Of a stretch of 64,000 nucleotides of DNA, positions 11,236-28,184 are shown in pieces; the first letter of the stretch is position 1, and each line of letters opens with the position of its first letter. The translations under genes and the position numbers were made by a program. The notes under the pieces are model-generated. The model did no database searches. It saw nothing but the letters and a program-made list of their open reading frames with translations, and was not told the DNA's origin. The DNA comes from Eledone cirrhosa (Eukaryota): contig OZ024751.1 of assembly GCA_964016885.1 (NCBI GenBank), positions 46,624,001-46,688,000 of the forward strand, read 5' to 3'.

Positions 11236-11369
11236 TGTATGTATGTATGTATGTATGTATGTATGTATGTATGTATGTATGTATGTATGTATGTATGTAT
11301 GTTTGTATGTTTGTATGTATGTATGCATGTATGTATATTACTATGTGCCTAAATCAGAAACCATTTTAA

Positions 11370-12240
11370 GGGCGATGGATTCTCAATATCAGTAGAGTAA
11401 TGGACAACATGCATTACGGCATAGAGTTGCGGCCTTTTACAGTCTGAATTCAAATTTCGCTGAGGCCGAGGTTAACTTTGCCTTTCATACTTACGGAGTC
11501 GATAAAATAAAGTACCAGTAATGCATTGGGGTCGATTTAATCAACTTTCCCCTGTCCGAACATTTCAGACATAAAGTAGAAATCATTGGTGGATTGGCAG
11601 TATCGGTAGAAGGTCGGACATGCTTTCCAGCATAGTTACGTCCCTTTACGATCTGAGTTCAAATCTCACCGAGGTTAACTTTGCCTTTCATCCTTACGGG
11701 GTCGATAAAATAAAGTACCAGTAATATACTGGGTAATTTTCTGGCCTTGTGCCAAAAGTAGAAACAATTATTATTTCAATATCAGTGGAGGGTCGGAGGC
11801 CATGCTTTGCAGCACAGAGTTACGGCCCTTTACTGTCTGAGTTCAAATGCCGCCGAGGTTAACTTTGCCTTTCATCCTTACAGGATCGATAAAATAAAGT
11901 ACCAGTAATGCACTGAGGAAATTGCTGGCCCTGTGCCAAAAGTAGAAACAATTGTTATTATTATTTCATATTTAGGGCGGTGGATTGGCAGTATCGGTAG
12001 AGGGTCGGACGCCATGCTTTCCAGCATAGTTACGTCCCTTTCCGATTTGAGTTCAAATCCCGCCGAGGTTAACTTTGCCTTTCATCCTTACGGGGTCGAT
12101 AAAATAAAGTACCAGTAATGTACTGGGGTAATTGCTGGCCCTGTGCCAAAAGTAGAAACAATTGTTATTATTATTTCATATTTAAACTCAAGTTTGTACG
12201 GCATAGAGTTGCGGCCTTTTACGTTCTCAGTTCAAATCAA
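11370..12240 (+). mobile_element. Tandem cluster of about five tRNA-derived SINEs
   Basis: Repeated A/B boxes and the gcctttcatccttacggggtcgataaaataaagtacc core. Confidence 0.85.
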
Positions 12241-12541
12241 ATTCGTTTGTACAAACGCGTAGCTGTAATTACAGTTTGTTGTAGTCGTTATTGTTGAAAA
12301 TATTTCTCTATATTTCTTAATGAAACATCAGCCGTTCCCAAATCTATTTCAATGGTTTTAAAAGATATTGAACTCAAGACTTAGTTGTATGGTGAGTTTG
12401 TGGCTGTGTGGGTTGTTGTTTGCTGTCTTTAGAGACTTGTAAGTTATCTGCAGGTGTGTTGAACACTTGGGAAAATAAGGAACAAAGAAAAGAGTACTCA
12501 ATTATGTACACTCCTTCTTACTCAATTCATATGTAGGTGTC

Positions 12542-12628
12542 TATGTATGTATGTATGTATGTATGTATGTATGTATGTATGTATGTATGTATGTATGTAT
12601 GTAGGAACTATATGTGTATATATGTATG

Positions 12629-12666
<38 letters not shown>

Positions 12667-12754
12667 CATATGTATGTATGTATGTATATATATATGTATG
12701 TATATATATATGTATATACATATATATATATATGTATATACATATGTATGTATG

Positions 12755-12790
<36 letters not shown>

Positions 12791-12808
12791 TGTATATACA
12801 TATGTATG

Positions 12809-12870
<62 letters not shown>

Positions 12871-12880
12871 CATATGTATG

Positions 12881-12946
<66 letters not shown>

Positions 12947-12947
12947 C

Positions 12948-13010
<63 letters not shown>

Positions 13011-13044
13011 CATATGTATGTATGTATATATATATATGTATATA

Positions 13045-13096
<52 letters not shown>

Positions 13097-13232
13097 CATA
13101 TGTATGTATATATATATATTCTATATATATCCAATATATTCTATATGTATATATATGTATATATATGTATGCATGCATATATATATATATGTATTCATGT
13201 GTATATATATGTATATATATATATATGTATAT

Positions 13233-13280
<48 letters not shown>

Positions 13281-13371
13281 TAATAAATAAACAGAGAACA
13301 ACAAACAGAGCCAGTACAAATGATATTAGTATTATATATACACATACACACACACATACACACACATACAT

Positions 13372-13408
<37 letters not shown>

Positions 13409-13530
13409 CACACATACATATATATATATATTTATATATATGTATATGCACATACACATATAAACACACACATATACACACACAGATATATATATAGATA
13501 TTATACATATACGTATATACATGTACGTAT
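12542..13530. repeat. Compound (TATG)/(TA)/(CA) microsatellite block
   Basis: Directly visible. Confidence 0.95.
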
Positions 13531-13833
13531 AGAAAACCATACAAAATTATAGTGCAAAAGTATTCTAGACAGACACACACACAACAAACGTCTCTAAAAG
13601 TGGTTCTTCCACTGAGAAATGTTTCTATAATCTTTACATTTCATTTTTATATAATCTTTACATTTACGTCAAAGAGAGGAAAATGATAAAAACAAGAAGT
13701 ATTTAAGGAAGAAACAAGCCCCAAAATTCTCTCTTTTTAAGGTTAAGCAAATATTACATTATCACTTCTCCATAATTGAATAAAGGTTTGATGTGACGGT
13801 GTAAGGTGGTGGGAGGTACATAGACTTAATACC

Positions 13834-13898
<65 letters not shown>

Positions 13899-13900
13899 GC

Positions 13901-13938
<38 letters not shown>

Positions 13939-14216
13939 TAAAAAAAAGGAGAGAAAAATGTGGGTATACATTTGTTTGCACAATCATATTCCGTTCGTTT
14001 TCATTATGTGATGGGCGTCAACAAGTTGCGTAATCAATGGCTGGCACACACACACACAGACACCACCCCACACACACACTCACACACCCACACGCGCACA
14101 CATACGCACTCACACATAACGGTGTCTTCTATAATGGCAGCACAACATAACTAAACCGGAAACAAACAAGATGGTCATGGTTTCAAGCAGCAGTGCGTGG
14201 ATCGATAACGGTCACA

Positions 14217-14335
<119 letters not shown>

Positions 14336-14489
14336 TCAATTGAAGCAACGGAGTAAAGGACCAGCGTTGTTCCCTGTAATATAATGAGCACAAGGAAATT
14401 TTTCCGAGCTCTTCAAAATATATAGGAGAGAATACATGAAAAGAACATGTATTTTCATTACAGGGTGATATATATATATATATATATAC

Positions 14490-14542
<53 letters not shown>

Positions 14543-14637
14543 TGGGAATCCCAGGTTCAATCGGGGCTGGCTGATTATTACTGGAATTCTATAAGAATCC
14601 AGCTTCCATAATTTTCGGCGAAAGCAGGGCATGCGTG

Positions 14638-14677
14638 GCTCTGATGATCGCCAACCAGCGGGAAACAGACTGTTAGC
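14638..14677 (+). ncRNA. Minimal type I hammerhead ribozyme
   Basis: GCU-CUGAUGA-UCGC(caacca)GCGG-GAAAC-AGACU-GUU-AGC; near-palindromic ACAGaCUGU. Lies in a ~240-bp island between (TG)n and (CA)n. Confidence 0.72.
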
Positions 14678-14786
14678 ATCTCTCCCTTTTTTCGCCGAAA
14701 AGAAGTTAGTGACATAGTCACTACTTTAAAACCGATAGCGTATGGTCTTCTAAATGTTTTTAATTAAACATACGTTATATTGCCAA

Positions 14787-14907
<121 letters not shown>

Positions 14908-15670
14908 GTAAACAGAAATAACAACACAATCAGTACAGTATTTTGAAGGAATATATTAGGTTAACGCTTGAAATAGCAGGAAGAGGGTCTTAACGTTTCG
15001 GACGCTAGTCCTTAGGCGAACTGTCAGAGTCGTTAGAACGTCGGATAGAGTGCTTTGTGGTATTCGTTCCGGTTCTCTGCTCTCCGAGTTCAAATCCCAC
15101 CTAGGTCAACATTGCATGTCATTCTTTCGAGGTCGATAAAGAAAGTACCAGTCTAGTACTGGGGTAGATTTTCCTGACTTCAATTCTCTTTTCTATCCTT
15201 CTTTGAAAGAAATCTGCTGTGTTCAGATATAGAGAAGAGATTTACTCCGCCAAACTTAAAAACTTCAGAAACACCGTATACTACGAAGGTCCCTCAACGA
15301 CTACATACATACGTACATACATACACACATACATACATATATACATACATACATACACACATACATACATACATACATACATACATACATACACACACAC
15401 ACATACATACATACATACATACATACATACATACATACATACATACACACACACATACATACATACATACACACATACACACATACATACATACATACAT
15501 ACATACATACATACATACATACACACACACATACATACATACACACATACACACATACATACATACATACATACATACATACATACATACATACATACAT
15601 ACGTACATATACATACATACCTACGTACATACCTACATACATACGTACATACATACACACATACATACAT

Positions 15671-16360
15671 GGTGGCTGCCAACTCGTTTTCGAGTACGGC
15701 CACTACTTTATATCCATGTAGGAGAACCCCTACCGATGCGCTGAACAAGTGTGACTTTTTAGTCCAGCCAGCGACTTGAAAACTCTGGTACAAACACTAC
15801 ACCTGTGACAATTATTGACACATAGTGCTGGGCCCATGGTACCATGTGACGACAAGTGCAGAGAGATCTCCAGATATAAAGCAATGCCTGTGTCGTGAAG
15901 CTTTTATAGTGAGCAAAGGCACTGCACAAAGCCAGTCCCACTCTCTTAACCAAGATGATATTTACCAAAAAGAAGAACAAGTCAACATCATTGGATACCA
16001 TCAAGGTTGCAGGTGTTATATCAGAGTTTTCCTTCTCCTAGAATTCTGCCTTGACAAAGGCTAAGGGGTCATCTCTCCCGGTGATTTTGGATGGCCATTG
16101 ACTCTTAAGAGCTCCTTTGCCCTTTACCTACATACATAGATGCTGGCTGCCAACTCGTTTTCGAGTACGGCCACTACTTTATATCCATGTAGGAGAACCC
16201 CTACCGATGCGCTGAACGAGTGTGACTTTTTAGTCCAGCCAGCGACTTGAAAACTCTGGCACAAACACTACACTTGTGACCATTATTGACATAGTGCTGG
16301 GCCCATTTTCCTTCACCTAGAATTCTGCCCTGACAAAGGCTAAGGCGTCATCTCTCCCGG
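15671..16360 (-). mobile_element. Two copies of the RTE-derived element (15671-16125; internally deleted 16142-16360) in a (CATA)n array
   Basis: Reverse complement of the 32974-33575 family. Confidence 0.8.
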
Positions 16361-16428
16361 ATGACATACATACAATCATACATACATACATACATACATA
16401 CAATCATACATACATACATACATACACA

Positions 16429-16530
16429 CCTTGCAATTCAAGGGATGACAATTTCTTTTCTTTTACAACCTTGCCACCAGGAAGGTGGCCGATCAAAAAA
16501 AAAATACTCGAAATTAAGAGAAAGAGATAA
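16429..16530 (+). mobile_element. 3'-terminal fragment of the R4-like element in (CATA)n
   Basis: Reverse complement of about 8080-8180, including the stop codon and 3' UTR. Confidence 0.85.
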
Positions 16531-17230
16531 CATGCATACATACACACATACATACATACATAGATACATACACACATACATAAATACATACATACATACA
16601 TACATACATACATACACATACATACACATACATACATACATGCATACATACATACATCCATACACACACATACATACTTATATACATAAATAAATGCATA
16701 CATTCATACATACACACACACACACATACATACATACATATATACATACACACACATACATACATGCATACATAAATATATGCATACATACATACATACA
16801 TACATACACAAACACATATACATACATACACACGCACATATACATACATACATACATACAAATATAATACATACTTACATAATATGTACTTACGAGTATA
16901 ATGTATGTATACATACACACGTGAAAACATAATATATACACATATACATACATAGATTCATACATATATACATACATAGATTCATACATATATACAAACA
17001 ATACGGACAGTATCGGTAGAGAGTCGGACGCCATGCTTTGCAGCACAGAGTTACGGCCCTTTATGATCTGAGTTCAAATCCCGCCGAGGTTAACTTTGTC
17101 CTTCATCCTTACGGGGTTGATGAAATAAAGTACCAGTAATGTACTGGGGGTTATTGCTGGCCTTGTGCCAAAAGTAGAAATAATACGTACATACATAGAA
17201 GCAGGTAATTTGAGAGGGAAGTACCCTACC

Positions 17231-18155
17231 CCATCCCGCCACAGATAGCCCCCACATCCCGCCACAGATAGCCCCCACATCCCGCCACAGATAGCCCCCA
17301 CATCCCGCCACAGATAGCCCCCACATCCTACCACAGATAGCCCCCACATCCCGCCACAGATAGCCCCCACATCCCACCACAGATAGCCCCCCACATCCCG
17401 CCACAGATAGCCCCCCACATCCCACCACAGATAGCCCCCACATCCCGCCACAGATAGCCCCCACATCCCGCCACAGATAGCCCCCACATCCCACCACAGA
17501 TAGCCCCCACATCCCGCCACAGATAGCCCCCACATCCCGCCACAGATAGCCCCCACATCCCACCACAGATAGCCCCCACATCCCACCACAGATAGCCCCC
17601 ACATCCCGCCACAGATAGCCCCCACATCCCGCCACAGATAGCCCCCACATCCCACCACAGATAGCCCCCACATCCCGCCACAGATAGCCCCCACATCCCG
17701 CCACAGATAGCCCCCACATCCCGCCACAGATAGCCCCCACATCCCGCCACAGATAGCCCCCACATCCCGCCACAGATAGCCCCCACATCCCGCCACAGAT
17801 AGCCCCCACATCCCACCACAGATAGCCCCCACATCCCGCCACAGATAGCCCCCACATCCCACCACAGATAGCCCCCACATCCCGCCACAGATAGCCCCCA
17901 CATCCCGCCACAGATAGCCCCCACATCCCGCCACAGATAGCCCCCACATCCCACCACAGATAGCCCCCACATCCCACCACAGATAACCCCCACATCCCGC
18001 CACAGATAGCCCCCACATCCCGCCACAGATAGCCCCCACATCCCACCACAGATAGCCCCCACATCCCACCACAGATAACCCCCACATCCCACCACAGATA
18101 GCCCCCACATCCCACCACAGATAGCCCCCACATCCCACCACAGATAGCCCCCACA
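17231..18155. repeat. 23-bp C-rich minisatellite, about 40 copies (cacagatagcccccacatcccRc)
   Basis: Directly visible. Confidence 0.95.
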
Positions 18156-18227
18156 CCCCTTCGATCCTTTAAAACCCACTTAAGAGGACTAAAAGGTAAA
18201 AAAAGGTAAGAAAACAAGACTTCATGC

Positions 18228-18482
18228 GACACACACACACAGAGGCACACACACACACACAGAGGCACACACACACACACAGAGGCACACACACACACAC
18301 AGAGGCACACACACACACACACACACAGAGGCACACACACACACACAGAGGCACACACACACACACACACACAGAGGCACACACACACACACAGAGGCAC
18401 ACACACACACACACACACAGAGGCACACACACACACACAGAGGCACACAGACACACACAGAGGCACACACACACACACAGAG

Positions 18483-18526
<44 letters not shown>

Positions 18527-18593
18527 GCACACACACACACACAGAGGCACACACACACACACACAGAGGCACACACACACACACACACACAGA

Positions 18594-18636
<43 letters not shown>

Positions 18637-18758
18637 GCACACACACACACACAGAGGCACACACACACACACAGAGGCACACACACACACACAGAGGCAC
18701 ACAGACACACACACAGAGGCACACACACACACAGAGACACACAGACACACACACAGAG

Positions 18759-18808
<50 letters not shown>

Positions 18809-18838
18809 GCACACACAGAGGCACACACACACACAGAG

Positions 18839-18880
<42 letters not shown>

Positions 18881-18992
18881 GCACACACACACACACAGAG
18901 GCACACACAGAGGCACACACACACACAGAGGCACACAGACACACACACAGAGGCACACACACACACAGAGACACACAGACACACACACAGAG

Positions 18993-19052
<60 letters not shown>

Positions 19053-19233
19053 GCACACAGACACACACACACACAGAGGCACACAGACACACACACACAC
19101 AGAGGCACACACAGAGACACACAGACACACACACACACAGACACACAGAGGCACACAGACACACACACACACAGAGGCACACACAGAGACACACAGACAC
19201 ACACACACACAGAGGCACACACAGAGACACACA

Positions 19234-19270
<37 letters not shown>

Positions 19271-19388
19271 GCACACAGACACACACACACACAGAGGCAC
19301 ACACACACACACACACACACATACACACACACACACACAGAGGCACACAGACACACACACACACAGAGGCACACACAGAGACACACAG

Positions 19389-19420
<32 letters not shown>

Positions 19421-19465
19421 GCACACAGACACACACACACACAGAGGCACACACAGAGACACACA

Positions 19466-19504
<39 letters not shown>

Positions 19505-19550
19505 GCACACAGACACACACACACACAGAGGCACACACAGAGACACACAG

Positions 19551-19582
<32 letters not shown>

Positions 19583-19759
19583 ACACACAGACACATACAC
19601 ACACAGAGGCACACACAGAGACACACAGACACACACACACACACTCACACACAGAGACACACAGACACACACACACACAGAGGCACACACAGAGACACAC
19701 AGACACACACACGCACACACACACACAGAGACACACAGACACACACACAGAGGCACACA

Positions 19760-19798
<39 letters not shown>

Positions 19799-19939
19799 GC
19801 ACACAGACACACACACACACAGAGGCACACACAGAGACACACAGATACACACACACACAGAGGCACACACAGAGACACACAGACACACACACGCACACAC
19901 ACACACAGAGACACACAGACACACACACAGAGGCACACA

Positions 19940-19978
<39 letters not shown>

Positions 19979-20119
19979 GCACACAGACACACACACACAC
20001 AGAGGCACACACAGAGACACACAGACACACACACACACAGAGGCACACACAGAGACACACAGACACACACACGCACACACACACACAGAGACACACAGAC
20101 ACACACACAGAGGCACACA

Positions 20120-20158
<39 letters not shown>

Positions 20159-20204
20159 GCACACAGACACACACACACACAGAGGCACACACAGAGACAC
20201 ACAG

Positions 20205-20236
<32 letters not shown>

Positions 20237-20281
20237 GCACACAGACACACACACACACAGAGGCACACACAGAGACACACA

Positions 20282-20318
<37 letters not shown>

Positions 20319-20364
20319 GCACACAGACACACACACACACAGAGGCACACACAGAGACACACAG

Positions 20365-20396
<32 letters not shown>

Positions 20397-20573
20397 ACAC
20401 ACAGACACATACACACACAGAGGCACACACAGAGACACACAGACACACACACACACACTCACACACAGAGACACACAGACACACACACACACAGAGGCAC
20501 ACACAGAGACACACAGACACACACACGCACACACACACACAGAGACACACAGACACACACACAGAGGCACACA

Positions 20574-20612
<39 letters not shown>

Positions 20613-20791
20613 GCACACAGACACACACACACACAGAGGCACACACAGAGACACACAGACACACACACACACACACACACACACAGAGACACACAGACAC
20701 ACACACACACAGAGGCACACACAGAGACACACAGACACACACACGCACACACACACACAGAGACACACAGACACACACACAGAGGCACACA

Positions 20792-20834
<43 letters not shown>

Positions 20835-20930
20835 GCACACAGACACACACACACACAGAGGCACACACAGAGACACACAGATACACACACACACAGACAC
20901 ACACAGAGACACACAGACACACACACAGAG

Positions 20931-20982
<52 letters not shown>

Positions 20983-21027
20983 GCACACAGACACACACAC
21001 ACACAGAGGCACACACAGAGACACACA

Positions 21028-21064
<37 letters not shown>

Positions 21065-21219
21065 GCACACAGACACACACACACACAGAGGCACACACAG
21101 AGACACACAGACACACACACACACACTCACACACAGAGACACACAGACACACACACACACAGAGGCACACACAGAGACACACAGACACACACACACACAC
21201 ACACACACAGAGACACACA

Positions 21220-21287
<68 letters not shown>

Positions 21288-21340
21288 GAGGCACACACAC
21301 ACACACAGAGGCACACACAGAGGCACACACACACACAGAG

Positions 21341-21378
<38 letters not shown>

Positions 21379-21490
21379 GCACACACACACACACAGAGGC
21401 ACACACAGAGGCACACACACACACAGAGGCACACAGACACACACACAGAGGCACACACACACACAGAGACACACAGACACACACACAGAG

Positions 21491-21544
<54 letters not shown>

Positions 21545-21707
21545 GCACACAGACACACACACACACAGAGGCACACAGACACACACACACACAGAGGCAC
21601 ACACAGAGACACACAGACACACACACACACAGACACACACACACACAGAGGCACACACAGAGACACACAGACACACACACACACAGAGGCACACACAGAG
21701 ACACACA

Positions 21708-21742
<35 letters not shown>

Positions 21743-21860
21743 AGGCACACAGACACACACACACACAGAGGCACACACACACACACACACACATACACAC
21801 ACACACACACAGAGGCACACAGACACACACACACACAGAGGCACACACAGAGACACACAG

Positions 21861-21892
<32 letters not shown>

Positions 21893-22141
21893 GCACACAG
21901 ACACACACACACACAGAGGCACACACAGAGACACACAGACACACACACACACACACACACAGAGACACACAGACACATACACACACAGAGGCACACACAG
22001 AGACACACAGACACACACACACACACTCACACACAGAGACACACAGACACACACACACACAGAGGCACACACAGAGACACACAGACACACACACGCACAC
22101 ACACACACAGAGACACACAGACACACACACAGAGGCACACA

Positions 22142-22180
<39 letters not shown>

Positions 22181-22302
22181 GCACACAGACACACACACAC
22201 ACAGAGACACACAGACACACACACACACAGAGGCACACACAGAGACACACAGATACACACACACACAGACACACACAGAGACACACAGACACACACACAG
22301 AG

Positions 22303-22358
<56 letters not shown>

Positions 22359-22404
22359 GCACACAGACACACACACACACAGAGGCACACACAGAGACAC
22401 ACAG

Positions 22405-22436
<32 letters not shown>

Positions 22437-23777
22437 GCACACAGACACACACACACACAGAGGCACACACAGAGACACACAGACACACACACACACACTC
22501 ACACACAGAGACACACAGACACACACACACACACAGAGGCACACACAGAGACACACAGACACACACACACACACACACACACAGAGACACACAGACACAC
22601 ACACACACACAGAGGCACACACAGAGACACACAGACACACACACACACACACACACACAGAGACACACAGACACACACACACACACAGAGGCACACACAG
22701 AGACACACAGACACACACACACACACACACACACAGAGACACACAGACACACACACACACACAGAGGCACACACAGAGACACACAGACACACACACACAC
22801 ACACACACACAGAGACACACAGACACACACACACACAGAGGCACACACAGAGTCACACAGACACACACACACACACAGAGGCACACACAGAGACACACAG
22901 ACACACACACATACACACACACACAGAGACACACAGACACACACACACACACAGAGGCACACACAGAGACACACAGACACACACACACACACACACACAC
23001 AGAGACACACAGACACACACACACACACAGAGGCACACACAGAGACACACAGACACACACACACACACACACACACAGAGACACACAGACACACACACAC
23101 ACACAGAGGCACACACAGAGACACACAGACACACACACACACACACACACACAGAGACACACAGACACACACACACACACAGAGGCACACACAGAGACAC
23201 ACAGACACACACACACACACACACACACAGAGACACACAGACACACACACACACACAGAGGCACACACAGAGACACACAGACACACACACACACACACAC
23301 ACACAGAGACACACAGACACACACACACACACAGAGGCACACACAGAGACACACAGACACACACACACACACACACACACAGAGACACACAGACACACAC
23401 ACACACAGAGGCACACACAGAGTCACACAGACACACACACACACACAGAGGCACACACAGAGACACACAGACACACACACACACACACACACACAGAGAC
23501 ACACAGACACACACACACACACAGAGGCACACACAGAGACACACAGACACACACACACACACACACACACAGAGACACACAGACACACACACACACACAG
23601 AGGCACACACAGAGACACACAGACACACACACACACACACACACACAGAGACACACAGACACACACACACACACAGAGGCACACACAGAGACACACAGAC
23701 ACACACACACACACACACACACAGAGACACACAGACACACACACACACAGAGGCACACACAGAGTCACACACACACA
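18228..23777. repeat. 5.5-kb compound (CA)n satellite punctuated by gagg/gaga/ga
   Basis: Directly visible; explains the CV and HT ORFs over 1000 aa. Confidence 0.97.
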
Positions 23778-23855
23778 TATCCTGCTAAATAGCTCCATCA
23801 CTAATATCGACTTCCTTGCTACCATATATATATATATGATATATATATATATATC

Positions 23856-23933
<78 letters not shown>

Positions 23934-23949
23934 TGATATATATATATAT

Positions 23950-23985
<36 letters not shown>

Positions 23986-23997
23986 ATATATATATAT

Positions 23998-24033
<36 letters not shown>

Positions 24034-24045
24034 ATATATATATAT

Positions 24046-24115
<70 letters not shown>

Positions 24116-24136
24116 ATATATATATATATATATATA

Positions 24137-24175
<39 letters not shown>

Positions 24176-24188
24176 ATATATATATATA

Positions 24189-24311
<123 letters not shown>

Positions 24312-24402
24312 TGTAACACGTGTTTACAGAACCACTCAAAAACATCCGGCTTCGCCCCATTCATCCATTCACACACACACATATATATATATATATATAC
24401 CT

Positions 24403-24503
<101 letters not shown>

Positions 24504-24654
24504 CCTACACACACACACACATATATATATATATACCTACACACACAAACATATATATATATACCTACACACACAAACATATATACGTGTATATACATAT
24601 ATATGCACATGCATACATGAACATGTATATATGTATATATATAAATGTATATAC

Positions 24655-24737
<83 letters not shown>

Positions 24738-25175
24738 AATAAATACATTATCGGAGAAAGCTTTTAGCGATACTCCAGCCAAATTCCAACTCACTCAACA
24801 AACATTAGGAAATACCTGAGTATATTCCTAATTAAACGTTCGGGGTGCCAACTAAATGTATTGTGTGGAAAATTGACTGTATTATTTCATATGCGACAAG
24901 GTTAACTTTGCCTTTCATCCTTACGGGGTCGATAAAATAAAGTACCAGTAATGCACTGGGTAATTTCTGGCCTTGTGCTCATAGTAGAAACAATTATTTC
25001 ATATGAGACATATCGAATACATCTCTTCCCAGACGGACGTCTCGTTTCATTATAGGATTCCTACAATTCGGGTGAAATTATACCAATTTATGTAGGAACT
25101 TGTATAGGATCAACAGATAATATTCAAGTGGGCTCTTATAATTCATCAGTGGGTGCCCATATATATATATATATA

Positions 25176-25363
25176 CCGAAGGAAATGTGGTAAGGAACCA
25201 GGTGGACCATAACGCACCAAAGTACTCAATACTTGAGGTAGTAGAGTGGGTAATAGGAACCAGTAAGACCCCGACAGCTGAGCTCAAGCCGTTTCGACGG
25301 CTAATTCAGTCCAGAATTAGCCGTCGAAACGGCTTGAGCTCAGCTGTCGGGGTCTTACTGGTT

Positions 25364-25368
<5 letters not shown>
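25176..25368. mobile_element. Short TA-flanked element ending in a fold-back hairpin (other copies 31779-32113 with the hairpin duplicated, and 60344-60500)
   Basis: Shared 'gagctcaagccgtttcgacggct' hairpin and 'gagtactttggtgcgttatggtccacctggttccttaccacatttccttcg' body. Confidence 0.7.
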
Positions 25369-25423
<55 letters not shown>

Positions 25424-25479
25424 TATATATTTGGTTACCTCCGATTCAACCCGGAATAACTTATCTATATGTCTATATA

Positions 25480-25594
<115 letters not shown>

Positions 25595-25703
25595 ATAGGC
25601 CGGAAGGTGATTCTTATTATTTTACATTATATTCTGTGTAAACAAAAATGAATTAAATCACGTGACTATTCCACTTTACATTTCACCTCATTATTTTATT
25701 TTT

Positions 25704-26215
25704 GGGGCGGTAGATTGGCAGTATCAGTAGAGGGTCGGACGCCATGCTTTCCAGCATAGTTACGTCCCTTTACGATCTGAGTTCAAATCCCGCCGAGGTT
25801 GACTTTGCCTTTCATCCTTACGGGGTCTATAAAATAAAGTACCAGTAATGCACTGGATAATTGCTGGCCTTGTGCCTAAAGTAGAAACAATTATTTTATT
25901 TTTTTATTTCCCGCTCAGCCATTTTGTTCTCCTTTTCCTTCGTTTCTCTCTCTATCACACTCCCTTTCTTTTGTTCCCTCTCTATACAATCATACACATA
26001 AACCCATACATATATATATATATCAATATATATGCATATGCATATATATATATATATATGCATAAGCATATATATATATATATATATACTCATATATATA
26101 TGTAATTATATATATATATAATTGTTTCTACTTTAGGCACAAGGCCAGCAATTACCCAGTGCATTACTGGTACTTTATTTTATCGACCCCGTAAGGATGA
26201 AAGGCAAAGTCAACC
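25704..26215. mobile_element. Inverted pair of tRNA-derived SINEs (+ 25704-25892; - 26120-26215)
   Basis: Same core in opposite orientations. Confidence 0.8.
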
Positions 26216-26279
26216 TATATATATATTTATATATATATATAAATATCATTATATATATATAATGATATTTATATATATA

Positions 26280-26329
<50 letters not shown>

Positions 26330-26352
26330 CATATTTATATATATATATAATC

Positions 26353-26384
<32 letters not shown>

Positions 26385-26831
26385 ATGTGTATGTATGTAT
26401 GTATGTATGTATGTATGTATGTATGTGTTTGTATGTGTGTATACATCAATAAAGGACCATTTTTACCAGTAATAATGAAACTATTGAATCTAATGCTTTC
26501 ATCCATCTTAGCAGAATAAACAAAACAATACATTTATAGGAAAAATATAATTTTGCCCACAAACTGCTAAGACCGCGATGTGACAAAGAAAAACATAATT
26601 AAACATAATTAAAATGGTTAATTAATACAATTGTATTTTAAAAGAAATTTTCGTTTTCGCCACTGCGCGACTCCTCAATCTTTCTATTTCTTCTTTAATT
26701 TCTAATTCTATTTTCTGATGAAGGATTAGCTTCCGACACATTAAGACTCTTTCTTACTATATCAAATGTAAAACTAATAATAGTTCTTCATTTTGGTGTG
26801 TCATTTGCTTTGTTATTTCTGTTTGCGTTTT

Positions 26832-26914
<83 letters not shown>

Positions 26915-26967
26915 GTGAAATAAAATAACAAGGACAATTGGTTACTCTTTCATTACGTTTAGTGGTT

Positions 26968-27052
26968 GGTGACGCGCGTTTGGCCACTAATCAGCTCAAG
27001 GTTCGATCTGTATCGATCTGACCCGACTCTGTAGTCCTTGGCTCGTCAGACC
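26968..27052 (-). ncRNA. Degenerate hammerhead with an extended stem II loop
   Basis: GGU-CUGACGA-GCCA(~50 nt)UGGC-cAAAC-GCGC-GUC-ACC; the G of GAAA is replaced by C. Confidence 0.5.
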
Positions 27053-27285
27053 CCTTGTAATGGAAAAATGAATAACCAATAAACGTAATGAAGGAGTAAC
27101 CAATCGTCCTTGTTATTTTATTTCACTATAATACACTCTGTCTAGCTCTACACCTCGACACTGAAGTGAACCTAAACATCGAGTGCTCACCCGGATAAAC
27201 CTACAGTAACTCCTAGTTATATATATATATATATGTGTGCGTGTGTGTGTGTATATATATATATATGTATATATATATATGTGTG

Positions 27286-27347
<62 letters not shown>

Positions 27348-27455
27348 TGTGTATATATATATATGTGTGTGTGTATATATATATATATATATCTGTGTAT
27401 ATATATATATATACATATATATATATACATGTATATATACACATATATATATATA

Positions 27456-27533
<78 letters not shown>

Positions 27534-27553
27534 CACACATATATATATATATC

Positions 27554-27681
<128 letters not shown>

Positions 27682-28019
27682 TAAATGGCTTCTACAGGAC
27701 TAGAAGGAAATCACCAGGAAGGTCCCGATGATTCTCTTCGAATGAAACAGTTATAGTCCTGTAGAAGCTATTTCTATATTAAATCTTGTATATACTCTAC
27801 TATGTATTGAGCACCTTACTTACTGTGGTTACACCTGATTGAACCCGCAACACACACAGACACACATACACACAGGCATACACGCAGACACACACACCAC
27901 ACACATATATAGCCAGTGCTGTCTGATGTAATTTAGAAGAGTCTATTTTATATACTATCTTTTCTACTCCATTTGTCTCTCCACCCTACCTCAAGCATAT
28001 ACTTACTCTACTTCTACAG

Positions 28020-28184
28020 AAACCATTGGGATTGTTCGCAATAATTGATGAAGAGTCTCGCTTTCCCAAAGCCACTGATGCAAGTTTACTAGACAAGATG
28101 GCGGCCAACTGTTATTATCCAAAACTCTTCCAGAAATCTAAGACCAAATATTGTGTCTTCACAATACTTCACTATACCGGAGAA
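28020..28184 (+). CDS. Myosin motor exon: KPLGLFAIIDEESRFPKATDASLLDKMAANCYYPKLFQKSKTKYCVFTILHYTGE
   Basis: ctacag acceptor, gtaagt donor, 165 nt, phase 0-0. KPxGLxxxxDEESRFPKATD and FxIxHYxG motifs. Confidence 0.96.

Noticed and set aside
11974-12070. tRNA genes at A/B-box sequences
   Set aside because: No cloverleaf; always followed by the SINE core and tail.
17074-23825. ORFs of 1000-1800 aa (CV-, HT- and GGMWG-rich)
   Set aside because: Translations of stop-free satellites; no domain content.
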